Part shown: positions 20,194-28,139 of the stretch, one piece after another | Layout of the letters: each line of letters starts with the position of its first letter | Numbering within the stretch: the first letter of the stretch is position 1 | DNA from: Trichodesmium erythraeum IMS101 | GTDB taxonomy: Bacteria; Cyanobacteriota; Cyanobacteriia; Cyanobacteriales; Microcoleaceae | Length of the DNA: 32,000 bases | Direction of reading: 5' to 3' | Assembly: GCF_000014265.1 (NCBI RefSeq) | Contig: NC_008312.1 | Coordinates: 3,540,001-3,572,000 of the forward strand | Notes under the pieces: model-generated | What the model was told of the DNA's origin: nothing | What the model saw: the letters and a program-made list of their open reading frames with translations, nothing else | Database searches by the model: none | Position numbers and translations under genes: made by a program

Positions 20194-20213
20194 TACTTAA
20201 TACTACTTAATAC
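20194..20213. repeat. Tandem 10-mer (TACTTAATAC) x2 upstream of the 20276 gene
   Basis: Read directly: TACTTAATAC TACTTAATAC followed by TAAT, about 60 nt upstream of the start codon. Confidence 0.6.
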
Positions 20214-20275
20214 TAATTGAGTAGAATTTTCGTTAAGCTGTAAATCAGTCGCTAGATACATTAAGGTAAAAGTCG

Positions 20276-20788
20276 ATGACAATTATTTCTCCAAATCTAA
20301 AATATAATCAACAACGTTGGCAAACAATAGTTTGTTTAACTCTAGGTTTCTGGTTAAGCGCCTGCATAGTTTTAGACCTAGTAATTATGCCAAGTATGTA
20401 TGCTTCTGGGATGATGAATACACCAGATTTTACAGTAGCAGGTTCAGTAATATTTTCTGTATTTAACCGAGTTGAATTACTTTGTGCCAGCTTAGGTTTA
20501 ACAGGTTTATTAGTGTTAAGTACTAAGGCTAGTAATTTTATTAAAAAGAGTAAAACAGCAATTATTTTTTCTATAATATTATTAGGAATAGTTCTAATTG
20601 ATACCTACGGTTTAACTCCTCAAATGACTGCTTTGGGTATTAATCTAAGTTTATTTGAGTCAGTTAAAGAAGTTCCTGTGGCAATGAACCAAATGCACGG
20701 CGGATACTGGTTATTAGAAATAATTAAATTGGTTATTGGTGCTACTTTATTCGGTTGGTGTTACCGACAACCAACAAAGATAGATTAA
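20276..20788 (+). CDS. Small integral membrane protein (about four TM helices), function unknown
   Basis: 170-aa hydrophobic ORF. Its 3' 264 nt are included in the tandem duplication at 20525-21650. Confidence 0.6.
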   Translation: MTIISPNLKYNQQRWQTIVCLTLGFWLSACIVLDLVIMPSMYASGMMNTPDFTVAGSVIFSVFNRVELLCASLGLTGLLVLSTKASNFIKKSKTAIIFSIILLGIVLIDTYGLTPQMTALGINLSLFESVKEVPVAMNQMHGGYWLLEIIKLVIGATLFGWCYRQPTKID

Positions 20789-20827
20789 TAATTATTTTTA
20801 CCGTGCTAGAAAATAGTCAAAAAAATT

Positions 20828-20887
20828 AGGGTGAGTAAATTTTATTTGAGATCTAATTATCTCAATTAGTAAATATTTACTCACCCT
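20828..20887. terminator. Long stem-loop downstream of the membrane-protein gene (terminator-like)
   Basis: AGGGTGAGTAAAT (20828-20840) pairs perfectly with ATTTACTCACCCT (20875-20887). An inner stem TTGAGAT/ATCTCAA lies in the loop. There is no clear T-run after the stem on the + strand. The run AAAAAAA just upstream would give a T-run for a minus-strand transcript. Confidence 0.4.
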
Positions 20888-21087
20888 ATTAGCTTTAACT
20901 AAAAAAAAGAATAGAAAAATAATAGGTAGTTTGTTTTGTGTAATTGTAGAAGTAGATGAAAAACTCTACTACCCCTGTCGCAAAGAAGCAAGATACTCCT
21001 CATTTTTATTCAACAAAATAATATAATAGACTACCTTTAGAATGGACAACTACTAAATAAGCAACGTCGAAAAAATAATGTTTTATA

Positions 21088-21351
21088 AAGGCTAGTAATT
21101 TTATTAAAAAGAGTAAAACAGCAATTATTTTTTCTATAATATTATTAGGAATAGTTCTAATTGATACCTACGGTTTAACTCCTCAAATGACTGCTTTGGG
21201 TATTAATCTAAGTTTATTTGAGTCAGTTAAAGAAGTTCCTGTGGCAATGAACCAAATGCACGGCGGATACTGGTTATTAGAAATAATTAAATTGGTTATT
21301 GGTGCTACTTTATTCGGTTGGTGTTACCGACAACCAACAAAGATAGATTAA
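21088..21351 (+). pseudogene. Duplicated 3' fragment (last 87 codons plus stop) of the 20276 membrane-protein gene
   Basis: Identical to 20525-20788. It has no in-frame start at its 5' end. The duplicated ATG at 21078 reads MFYKG-stop in another frame. Confidence 0.85.
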
Positions 21352-21390
21352 TAATTATTTTTACCGTGCTAGAAAATAGTCAAAAAAATT

Positions 21391-21450
21391 AGGGTGAGTA
21401 AATTTTATTTGAGATCTAATTATCTCAATTAGTAAATATTTACTCACCCT
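21391..21450. terminator. Second copy of the long stem-loop, within duplication copy 2
   Basis: Identical to 20828-20887 at an offset of 563. Confidence 0.4.
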
Positions 21451-21640
21451 ATTAGCTTTAACTAAAAAAAAGAATAGAAAAATAATAGGTAGTTTGTTTT
21501 GTGTAATGGTAGAAGTAGATGAAAAACTCTACTACCCCTGTCGCAAAGAAGCAAGATACTCCTCATTTTCATTCAACAAAATAATATAATAGACTACCTT
21601 TAGAATGGACAACTACTAAATAATCAACGTCGAAAAAATA

Positions 21641-22236
21641 ATGTTTTATAGTAGATTTACCCTAGAAGAAGTTCTGGCAAATTTTAATCTCAACTTGGTC
21701 GAAAAATTGGGTAAATTTAATCAACTACCAGAAGTTTATCCCAGTAAATTTATTCAAGAAGCTTTAGAATATTATTTACCATTAGCAGTAGCGATCGCTT
21801 CGGAAAAAGCTTGTTCAGAATTTATTATTGCGCCGATATTAGCAGAATTAAAAAAATATCTAATAACCAGATAAGTTTATTTTCAGGGATTGAGTTTAAT
21901 GTTAATCCAGATTTAGGATTAAATGTTTTTTGTGACTTTATTATCAGTTTATCAACTCAGCAAATAGTTCTCAAAGCACCAGTAATAACTTTAGTAGAAG
22001 CTAAAAACGATAACCTGAGAAATGGTTTAGCTCAATGTATGGCAGAAATGCTTGCTGCTCAAATTTTTAATCAAAGCAAAGGCAAAGAAATTCCCAAGAT
22101 TTATGGAGTTATTACTACTGGTAATGCTTGGCAATTTATAGAGTTAGAATCTAAAACAATAGTTATAGATTTAGAGGAATATTCTGTTTATAACTTACCG
22201 AATATTTTAGGAATATTAACCAGTTTTGTTTGTTAG
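21641..22236 (+). pseudogene. Conserved cyanobacterial hypothetical protein with a PD-(D/E)xK-like core, split by a frameshift in an A7 run
   Basis: ORF 21641-21874 (...SEKACSEFIIAPILAELKK) and ORF 21811-22236 (ISNNQISLFSGIEFNVNPDLGLNVFCDFIISLS...VITLVEAKNDNLRNGLAQCMAEMLAAQIFN...YGVITTGNAWQFIEL) together form one protein of a family I recall as widespread in cyanobacteria. The D...EAK motif resembles a PD-(D/E)xK nuclease core. The frames switch by -1 at the run AAAAAAA (21850-21856). One additional A would restore a single ORF. Confidence 0.65.
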
Positions 22237-22882
22237 TATTTAAGCATTTAGTATTTCCTTGTTTTTCTTGTGGCATTAGTTTTTCATAAATTTGATTGTT
22301 AATATACTTATTTACTAGTTTTATTTTTGGCTATTGTAAAAATTATGCGAGAGTAATTTATTTAAGCAAATTCACAACATTAGCATAATTATTTTACCTC
22401 AATGAAATTTTTTTCTATATTTGTTAATTATATCTATTTTTGACTACCTACTCATCTATTATCAGACTTAATTAATGCAATTAAAGATGTAGCGTTCATA
22501 AATAATTGGTAAAAAAAAATTAGGGTTTTAGTCTTCCAATGTCATTTTAACTTAGGTTTTAAAACTTAACTCCTATGATCAAATATTATACTAAGTTCAG
22601 TTATCAAAAACATATTTATTTTAATTCCTTTCAAACCCTTATACCTCCTGTTTGCCCTATAAGTACCTTGCCTTCATAAATATTAATTAGTGTCTCAAAT
22701 AGATTTAATATTAGAAACTATTTCAGATTGCTATAGCAGTGTCTATACTATTAATACAGAACTTTCCATTGTTATAAAGTAAAGCTACAGTAGTAAGATG
22801 CTCACACTACATTATTTTCACTATTTACTGTATACATAATTTGCCAGAAATCTGCTGTAAATTTTCTCTCCTATCAAATTTA

Positions 22883-24298
22883 CTAACCGCAAGAATGTAG
22901 AGACAAATGGGAATTTGCTCCTACTTCATTGGATAAAAAATATAGTTTCAGCAAAGGTAAAAGAATAAAATTGTTTTCTTGTTTTTCTATTAGAGAACGT
23001 CGCTGCAAAGATTTAATTATGTTCAATAAATCTGAAAGTGGTATTTGTAAATTATCTAATAAAGTTGAAATAGCCACTGCTTCAGTTTTAGTTGCTAAGT
23101 GAGAGATTATTTGTTTTTCTAACTCTGATAAACGGGCAAACTGCTGATGTAATAATTCTTTGATATCTGCATCTAAAAATAGGGAGTCATATTGAAATAA
23201 TTCTGAGACGCTCCCAGCAAATAAATCATTAATAGTAGTAGCAATTATATTTAACCAAGTCGGGTTGCCTTGATAAAAATTAATTAGTTTTTGCCCTTGA
23301 GCGTCTACTTCTAGATCTTGGTCTTTGAGAATTTTTATAGCTGCTTCCTCATCTAAACCTTTCAGATGTAATGAGCGAACAGATGTATTTTTACCACTGC
23401 TAATTTCTCTAAGTTTTTCTCTACTAATAATTAAGCAACAACTCTGATGAGAGAGTTCGCCAATAAGTTGGAAAAATTGACTGTAGTTTTCATATTCTGG
23501 CAGGTAATGACTTGCTAGTTTCCTACTGCTAAATATTGTTTGGATGTCATCTAGTATTATCAGGCAACGGTGCTTTCTCAAATTTTCTAGAAGATAGGAA
23601 TTTCCTGAAGTTTCAATAGTCAATTTTTGGTTAGAAATAAATTTAATGAGGTTAGTTTGAATTGTTTTAAGAGGTGGGGAGTCTCGCAGACTTTGCCAAA
23701 TTATATAGTCGAACTTATTTTGAATATTTTTGATTAGTTGGAGAGCTAATGCTGTTTTGCCAATACCAATTATTCCATGGAGAATTACTAATTTTTTTTG
23801 TTCTTGGAGAATCCATTTTTTCAGAGTTTTTATTTCCTGATTTCGACCATAGAATTTTTTATAGTCTGGTGCATCTGATAGGTTTATTTTTGGTCGAGGA
23901 ATAGTCTGGCATTTGTTAATATTTGGCTGAGTCAAATTTTCAGGTTTTATAGTTTCTGAAGAAGGGGAAGTTTCCGGGCAAAAATTTATATTTTTAATTC
24001 CTATAAAGTCTTTTTCTATCTTTGGAGATGAAACTATTGAAAACTGCCATCTTTCAAATGTGGTACGTAGATTAGATTTATTTACTTGTTCTCCAAAAGT
24101 ATCTGAAAAAGTTTTCCATAATTCTGAAGCAACATCCCTGACATGACCGTTAGTGCATTGACATTCTTGAGCTATTTCTGAATATTTTTTACCTTGAAAA
24201 ACACCCTTTAATATAGCTTGTTGTAGGTCTTCTAAATGTTTTCCTGTTTTGTTAAAGATGAGATGGTCAGCTAAATTCAATATTTCTTGGATATCCAT
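22883..24298 (-). CDS. STAND-type P-loop NTPase (NB-ARC-like) with an N-terminal HTH-like domain and no C-terminal repeat sensor
   Basis: 471 aa. The N-terminal roughly 85 aa (LEDLQQAILKGVFQGKKYSEIAQECQCTNGHVRDVASELWKTFSDTFGEQVNKSNLRTTFERW) look like the HTH-type module found at the N-terminus of many cyanobacterial NACHT/NB-ARC-WD40 proteins. It has Walker A GIIGIGKTALA, Walker B CLIILDDIQ, an NB-ARC-like GNPTWLNIIA (GxPLAL-type) motif and a C-terminal winged-helix-like segment. No WD40, TPR or other sensor array follows. Confidence 0.75.
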   Translation of the reverse strand: MDIQEILNLADHLIFNKTGKHLEDLQQAILKGVFQGKKYSEIAQECQCTNGHVRDVASELWKTFSDTFGEQVNKSNLRTTFERWQFSIVSSPKIEKDFIGIKNINFCPETSPSSETIKPENLTQPNINKCQTIPRPKINLSDAPDYKKFYGRNQEIKTLKKWILQEQKKLVILHGIIGIGKTALALQLIKNIQNKFDYIIWQSLRDSPPLKTIQTNLIKFISNQKLTIETSGNSYLLENLRKHRCLIILDDIQTIFSSRKLASHYLPEYENYSQFFQLIGELSHQSCCLIISREKLREISSGKNTSVRSLHLKGLDEEAAIKILKDQDLEVDAQGQKLINFYQGNPTWLNIIATTINDLFAGSVSELFQYDSLFLDADIKELLHQQFARLSELEKQIISHLATKTEAVAISTLLDNLQIPLSDLLNIIKSLQRRSLIEKQENNFILLPLLKLYFLSNEVGANSHLSLHSCG

Positions 24299-24499
24299 AG
24301 ATGAGGTTAGGTAAAGGACTTTATATGTATTGTAGTCCTACATTATCCTACACAACAATTTTTTTTACCAAATTTAATGATAAAAGAGACTTTTTTTCAT
24401 CATTAAATTCCCTACTTATGCCGACTATTCCCTACTGACAATAGAAAAAAAATGTGATGCAATAGAAGGATAGTAAAAATTAAGTCACTAGGTTGATTT
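24299..24499. promoter_or_regulatory. Divergent intergenic control region between the STAND gene and the small-protein operon
   Basis: The 201-bp spacer contains four repeat features. (1) A perfect 11-bp inverted repeat, AATTTAATGAT (24371-24381) and ATCATTAAATT (24399-24409). (2) A direct repeat ATTCCCTACT at 24407-24416 and 24427-24436, spaced 20 bp start to start. (3) An inverted repeat AGGACT (24315-24320) and AGTCCT (24334-24339). (4) TCCTACA twice, at about 24336-24352. Promoter elements themselves were not identified with confidence. Confidence 0.35.
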
Positions 24500-25069
24500 A
24501 TGAAAGAAAGGGAATTATCTCGCTTATTAAAAAAACCATTCTATACAGTTATAAAGTATCTACACCAAAAAGATTTACCAAAAGAAGTAAAAAATGCTTT
24601 GAACGATATTTTTAATGTTTTAGAAATTGAACCAGACAATGATATTTCTAACAGACAGGAAGTTTATCAAAGCATTGCCAAATTTCTGCAAAAAAACTTG
24701 CCTCAACCAAGATCTGAACCTTTAAGAATTACCCAATGTTTAAGAATTACCTATAAACTTTGTAGAGAGTTTGACGAACAATTAGTAAAAGAAGGATCAG
24801 AAATTAACCCGACACTTCTCGAAGCCGCAAAAGCATTAATTTTAACTATTAAAGTAAATTATGAACCTAAAGTAAATTATGAACCTGAATTACTCAAAGT
24901 TCAAACTTATAATCGTCAAATAGAAATTTATTACATTAAAGAAAACAAACCAATAGTAACAAGAATAGAACAGGAATTAGATAGAGATAGTTTACCTGAA
25001 GATGTACGTTCAGAGTGGTTACGCGAGGGTGAAAAAAAATTAACTTTTAAACTTTATCCAAAGGAGTAA
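24500..25069 (+). CDS. Small-protein family member 1 (soluble, 189 aa), function unknown
   Basis: First gene of the operon, with no TM helix. The C-terminal segment IVTRIEQELDRDSLPEDVRSEWLREGEKKLTF carries the motif shared with the next two genes. It also contains an in-frame 18-bp tandem duplication (KVNYEP x2). Confidence 0.6.
   Translation: MKERELSRLLKKPFYTVIKYLHQKDLPKEVKNALNDIFNVLEIEPDNDISNRQEVYQSIAKFLQKNLPQPRSEPLRITQCLRITYKLCREFDEQLVKEGSEINPTLLEAAKALILTIKVNYEPKVNYEPELLKVQTYNRQIEIYYIKENKPIVTRIEQELDRDSLPEDVRSEWLREGEKKLTFKLYPKE
24851..24886 (+). repeat. Perfect in-frame 18-bp tandem duplication (AAAGTAAATTATGAACCT x2)
   Basis: Read directly; it encodes KVNYEPKVNYEP inside family member 1. 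Confidence 0.9.
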
Positions 25070-25073
25070 AATT

Positions 25074-25556
25074 ATGCCAATTCCACTATTTATGTGGGCT
25101 ATAGCAGGTGCTTTAGGGGTTTCAGCAACTTTCGCATTAATATTTTGGGATCAAATTTTAGGCTGGGCAGAAGATAGTCTTTTTCCTTGGATTAAAAATA
25201 ATATTCCTTCAATTGAAAGTGCAGTAAGAAAAGCATTTAGTGCTTTAGATAATCAAGCTGTTGATACCCGTAAGATCATTCGCAAAGCCTGGAAAAAGTT
25301 GCGTAAATTTTTGTTAAAGCAAGTAGTAACACTAGAAAGAAAGTCATCAAACAAATGGATAAGAAGAGTTACATCTTGGGTAATTAAAGTTCTCGAGTCT
25401 GGTGAAAAAGTTCCTGTAAAAGTAGAGACAGAAGAGAAAGTTAATTGGGATGAATTACCTGAAGATGTGCGTAAAGAATTTCTCAGCAAAGGAAAAAGTG
25501 AAAGTGAAATTGATGTAACAAAAAATCGCGATGACGAAATGGATATGTCTGCTTAG
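25074..25556 (+). CDS. Small-protein family member 2 (one N-terminal TM helix, 160 aa), function unknown
   Basis: It starts 4 nt after the previous stop, with AAGGAG just upstream. It has the TM helix IPLFMWAIAGALGVSATFALIFW and the C-terminal motif VKVETEEKVNWDELPEDVRKEFLSKGKSE. Confidence 0.65.
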   Translation: MPIPLFMWAIAGALGVSATFALIFWDQILGWAEDSLFPWIKNNIPSIESAVRKAFSALDNQAVDTRKIIRKAWKKLRKFLLKQVVTLERKSSNKWIRRVTSWVIKVLESGEKVPVKVETEEKVNWDELPEDVRKEFLSKGKSESEIDVTKNRDDEMDMSA

Positions 25557-25606
25557 TTAACTAGTATGTTTTGCTCAAAAAAATTAAGTATTTAGGGTAA
25601 AAAAAA

Positions 25607-26053
25607 ATGAATCAAATCAAAATTGACTGGCTTGCCATTTCTATTATTGCAGTTATAGGAGTAGGTATAGGTATCTATTTTTTAACTAAACAAAGTGAAG
25701 CAGAAAATCGCAGGAATATTGATAGCTGGTTTGAGGAAAAATTATCTATATCATTAGCAGAAAAATTAGGCATACCCAGTCAAGAAATATTACAAACTAT
25801 TCGGGGTATAGCAAATCCTAAAATAATTGCTAGGATTAACGAAATAGTTGATTATGCTAGACTAACTTTTACTAAATTATCATCTTTTAATGATATAGAA
25901 ATTCGTCTAAATTTAGATTACAAAAACGGTACATATTTTTCCGTTGCTAGTAGTTGGAAATGGGATGAACTACCAGAAACAATTAGGTCAGAATTTCTCA
26001 GAAGTGGTAGTAATATTGTGACTCGTCCCTGGAATTTTCCCTGGGATAACTAA
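25607..26053 (+). CDS. Small-protein family member 3 (one N-terminal TM helix, 148 aa), function unknown
   Basis: It has the TM helix WLAISIIAVIGVGIGIYFL and the C-terminal motif YFSVASSWKWDELPETIRSEFLRSGSNI. Confidence 0.65.
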   Translation: MNQIKIDWLAISIIAVIGVGIGIYFLTKQSEAENRRNIDSWFEEKLSISLAEKLGIPSQEILQTIRGIANPKIIARINEIVDYARLTFTKLSSFNDIEIRLNLDYKNGTYFSVASSWKWDELPETIRSEFLRSGSNIVTRPWNFPWDN

Positions 26054-26075
26054 TAGATATAGGAGAATAAATATT

Positions 26076-26405
26076 ATGCGTTGGTTAGTCGCAGTAGGTA
26101 TGTTAGTAGCGGCAGCTGTAGGAACATTAATTGTTGTTAAATTATGGGATGATATACGAGAAATAGTTGCTAAATGGTTACGTCAACAAGGTTTGGCAAA
26201 AAGTGATTTAATGGATGCTTGGGTTAAACTAGATTCAATGGTTGGAACTGTGCGTTCTAGAATCTTTATTAAAACTGAAAAAACAGGGAAAACTATCATA
26301 TCAGAAACTGAATATAATATGAGTGAAATAGATGATGAAGATGTTATAAAGGAACTAGAAAAACAAGGATATTATAAGCGCAAAATTATGGATTTACTTG
26401 ACTAA
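26076..26405 (+). CDS. Small-protein family member 4 (one N-terminal TM helix, 109 aa; divergent), function unknown
   Basis: AGGAG lies 8 nt upstream. It has the TM helix WLVAVGMLVAAAVGTLIVVKLW. The C-terminal part IFIKTEKTGKTIISETEYNMSEIDDEDVIKELEKQG aligns by eye with member 2 (VKVETEEKVNWDELPEDVRKEFLSKG), but the motif is weaker. Confidence 0.55.
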   Translation: MRWLVAVGMLVAAAVGTLIVVKLWDDIREIVAKWLRQQGLAKSDLMDAWVKLDSMVGTVRSRIFIKTEKTGKTIISETEYNMSEIDDEDVIKELEKQGYYKRKIMDLLD

Positions 26406-27193
26406 AAATAAATTAATCTGTAGCCAGGAAAAAAATTTAATAGTCTAAACTTTTAACTAACTACTTAATTTTTCAATATTTAGCAAATTATTATAAGGAG
26501 AATTAATTTATGCCTACAGGATGGGAAAGACAAAAAAGTACAAATACAAAAACAGAGGAAATAAAAACTACAAATATTAACAAACCTCCTCAACAAACTC
26601 CCACCAATAATTCCTCTGATAAAACAACTGAAATAAACAGAATGGAAATGTTTATCCCAGAAGAACCTCAGAGAAGTTTAGACGATCTAATAGTTCCCTC
26701 AACCGTCAAAAATAGAATTGATACAGCACTGAATAGAATTAAATATCACGATATTTTATATTACCAATGGAACTTAAAAAGTATTGACCCCAGAGGTAAA
26801 CGTACCGCAATTAATTTATTTGGGTTACCAGGTACAGGTAAAACTTTTTGTGCAGAAGCGATCGCTCACATTTTAAAGAAAAAAATCATCAAAGTTAACT
26901 ACGCAGAAATTGAGTCTAAATATGTAGGTGAAACCCCAAAAAACATTACCGCAGCTTTTAAAAAAGCCCAAGAAACTGACTCAGTTTTATTCTTTGATGA
27001 AGCTGACTCTATCTTAGGAAAAAGATTAACTAATGTCACCCAAAGTTCCGATCATGGAGTTAATGTTAGTCGTTCCGTAATGTTACTTCAACTAGACAAA
27101 TTTGATGGAGTCGTAATTTTTGCCACGAACCTCGCCAAAAACTATGATGGAGCATTTGTCCGTCGCATTTTAGCACACATTGAATTTGAATTA

Positions 27194-28139
27194 TAGCAAT
27201 CGAAGCAAAGGTTAGGACGTTAACTTAACAGCATAATCAACTCTCAATGCGAAAATTTTCTATTGTTCCTTCTGACTTTCTGACTCGATTTTTAATTGGA
27301 AACCAATAATGTTCTATTTCATTTAAGTCAGGAGAATATGGTGGTAAATATTCAAGCTCACAATTCACTGATTCTATTAATTCTCTAACTTTTTGGGATT
27401 TATGAAAACTTGCATTGTCTAATATTACTAATTGTCCTGTTTTTAATTGTGGCAACAATTTTTCTCTCAACCATTTTTCAAAAACTACACGGTTACAAGA
27501 GCCTTCAAATGTTAATGGAGCAACTAATTTTCCTTCACACAAACCACTTACAATACTTACCCTTAGACTTCTTTTTCCTGACTTTAAATCGTAATATCTT
27601 TTTCCCAATTCATTCCATCCATAACCATAATCTTCTCTATTATCCATACCTGATTCATCTATATACACTAGCTGTTCCGGCCTTTTATCGCGAATTTTGG
27701 CCAGAAATTTCTTTCTTTTGTCTTCATCTCTTTCTCTGTAACCGTAAGTTTTTTTTTCTTGTATAACCAATTTTTTTTAAGGCTTTACTTATAGTGCGAT
27801 CGCTTACCTTATCTGGCCATTCATCAGCCATTTCTTTTTGAGTTTTACTGCCATTAATCTGGGCAAATTTTCTGAATTGTTCTAAGTCTGGTATTTTGGG
27901 ATTATATCCTTTTTGATAACCTGTTTTTGCTTTTATATCCCCAGTTTCTCTTCTTCTATGTAACCAAGTATTGATGGTATTACGACTAATCTTAAATATA
28001 GAACTTACTTGAGTTTTACTCATCCCACCATCAATGGCCTTAATAACTTTTTGTCTTAAGTCATAGCTATAAGGAGAAGGCATAATCTTTCCTAGATAAT
28101 TTTTCGAGCATTATGTCCTAATCTTTGCTTCGACTGCTA
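27194..28139 (-). mobile_element. IS630-family (Tc1/mariner superfamily) insertion sequence, 946 bp
   Basis: Imperfect terminal inverted repeats TAGCAATCGAAGCAAAGGTTAGGAC (27194-27218) and the reverse complement of 28115-28139, TAGCAGTCGAAGCAAAGATTAGGAC (23/25 match). The element is flanked by TA at 27192-27193 and 28140-28141, the target duplication expected for IS630. It encodes the transposase listed below. Confidence 0.9.
27237..28083 (-). CDS. IS630-family DDE transposase in two overlapping frames (orfA 27724-28083, orfB 27237-27770)
   Basis: orfA holds the HTH domains (...SRNTINTWLHRRRETGD...). orfB holds the catalytic residues in VYIDESG, ILDNASFHK and LPPYSPDLNEIEHYW. orfB is in the +1 frame relative to orfA. 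The overlap contains an A9 run on the coding strand (T-run 27749-27757). Losing one A gives the fusion ...IGYTRKKTYGYRERDE... Confidence 0.88.

Larger units (their letters stand above)
20525..21650. repeat. Tandem direct duplication, 2 x 563 bp (20525-21087 and 21088-21650)
   Basis: Base-by-base comparison at an offset of 563 found only three mismatches: 20945 T vs 21508 G, 21007 T vs 21570 C, and 21061 G vs 21624 T. All three are in the non-coding part. The unit runs from codon 84 of the 20276 gene, through its stop and the whole intergenic region, to the first 10 nt (ATGTTTTATA) of the downstream gene. Confidence 0.97.

Noticed and set aside
20052-20282. 76-aa minus-strand ORF overlapping the start of the 20276 gene
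   Set aside because: It is a low-complexity, Lys/Asn-rich translation of an AT-rich promoter region. It has no recognisable motif and overlaps the start of the opposite-strand gene.
20525-21650. Repeated sequence considered as a possible CRISPR array or IS terminal repeats
   Set aside because: There are only two long (563-bp) head-to-tail units with no short repeat/spacer periodicity and no transposase. It is a simple tandem duplication.
25074-26405. Possibility that the small proteins are gas-vesicle (GvpA/J-like) proteins partnered with a GvpN-like AAA+
   Set aside because: One local resemblance (DAWVKLDS versus the GvpA DAWVRVS) is isolated. These proteins have N-terminal TM helices that GvpA lacks. 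The ATPase has classical-clade AAA+ motifs rather than the MoxR/GvpN type, as far as I can judge by eye.
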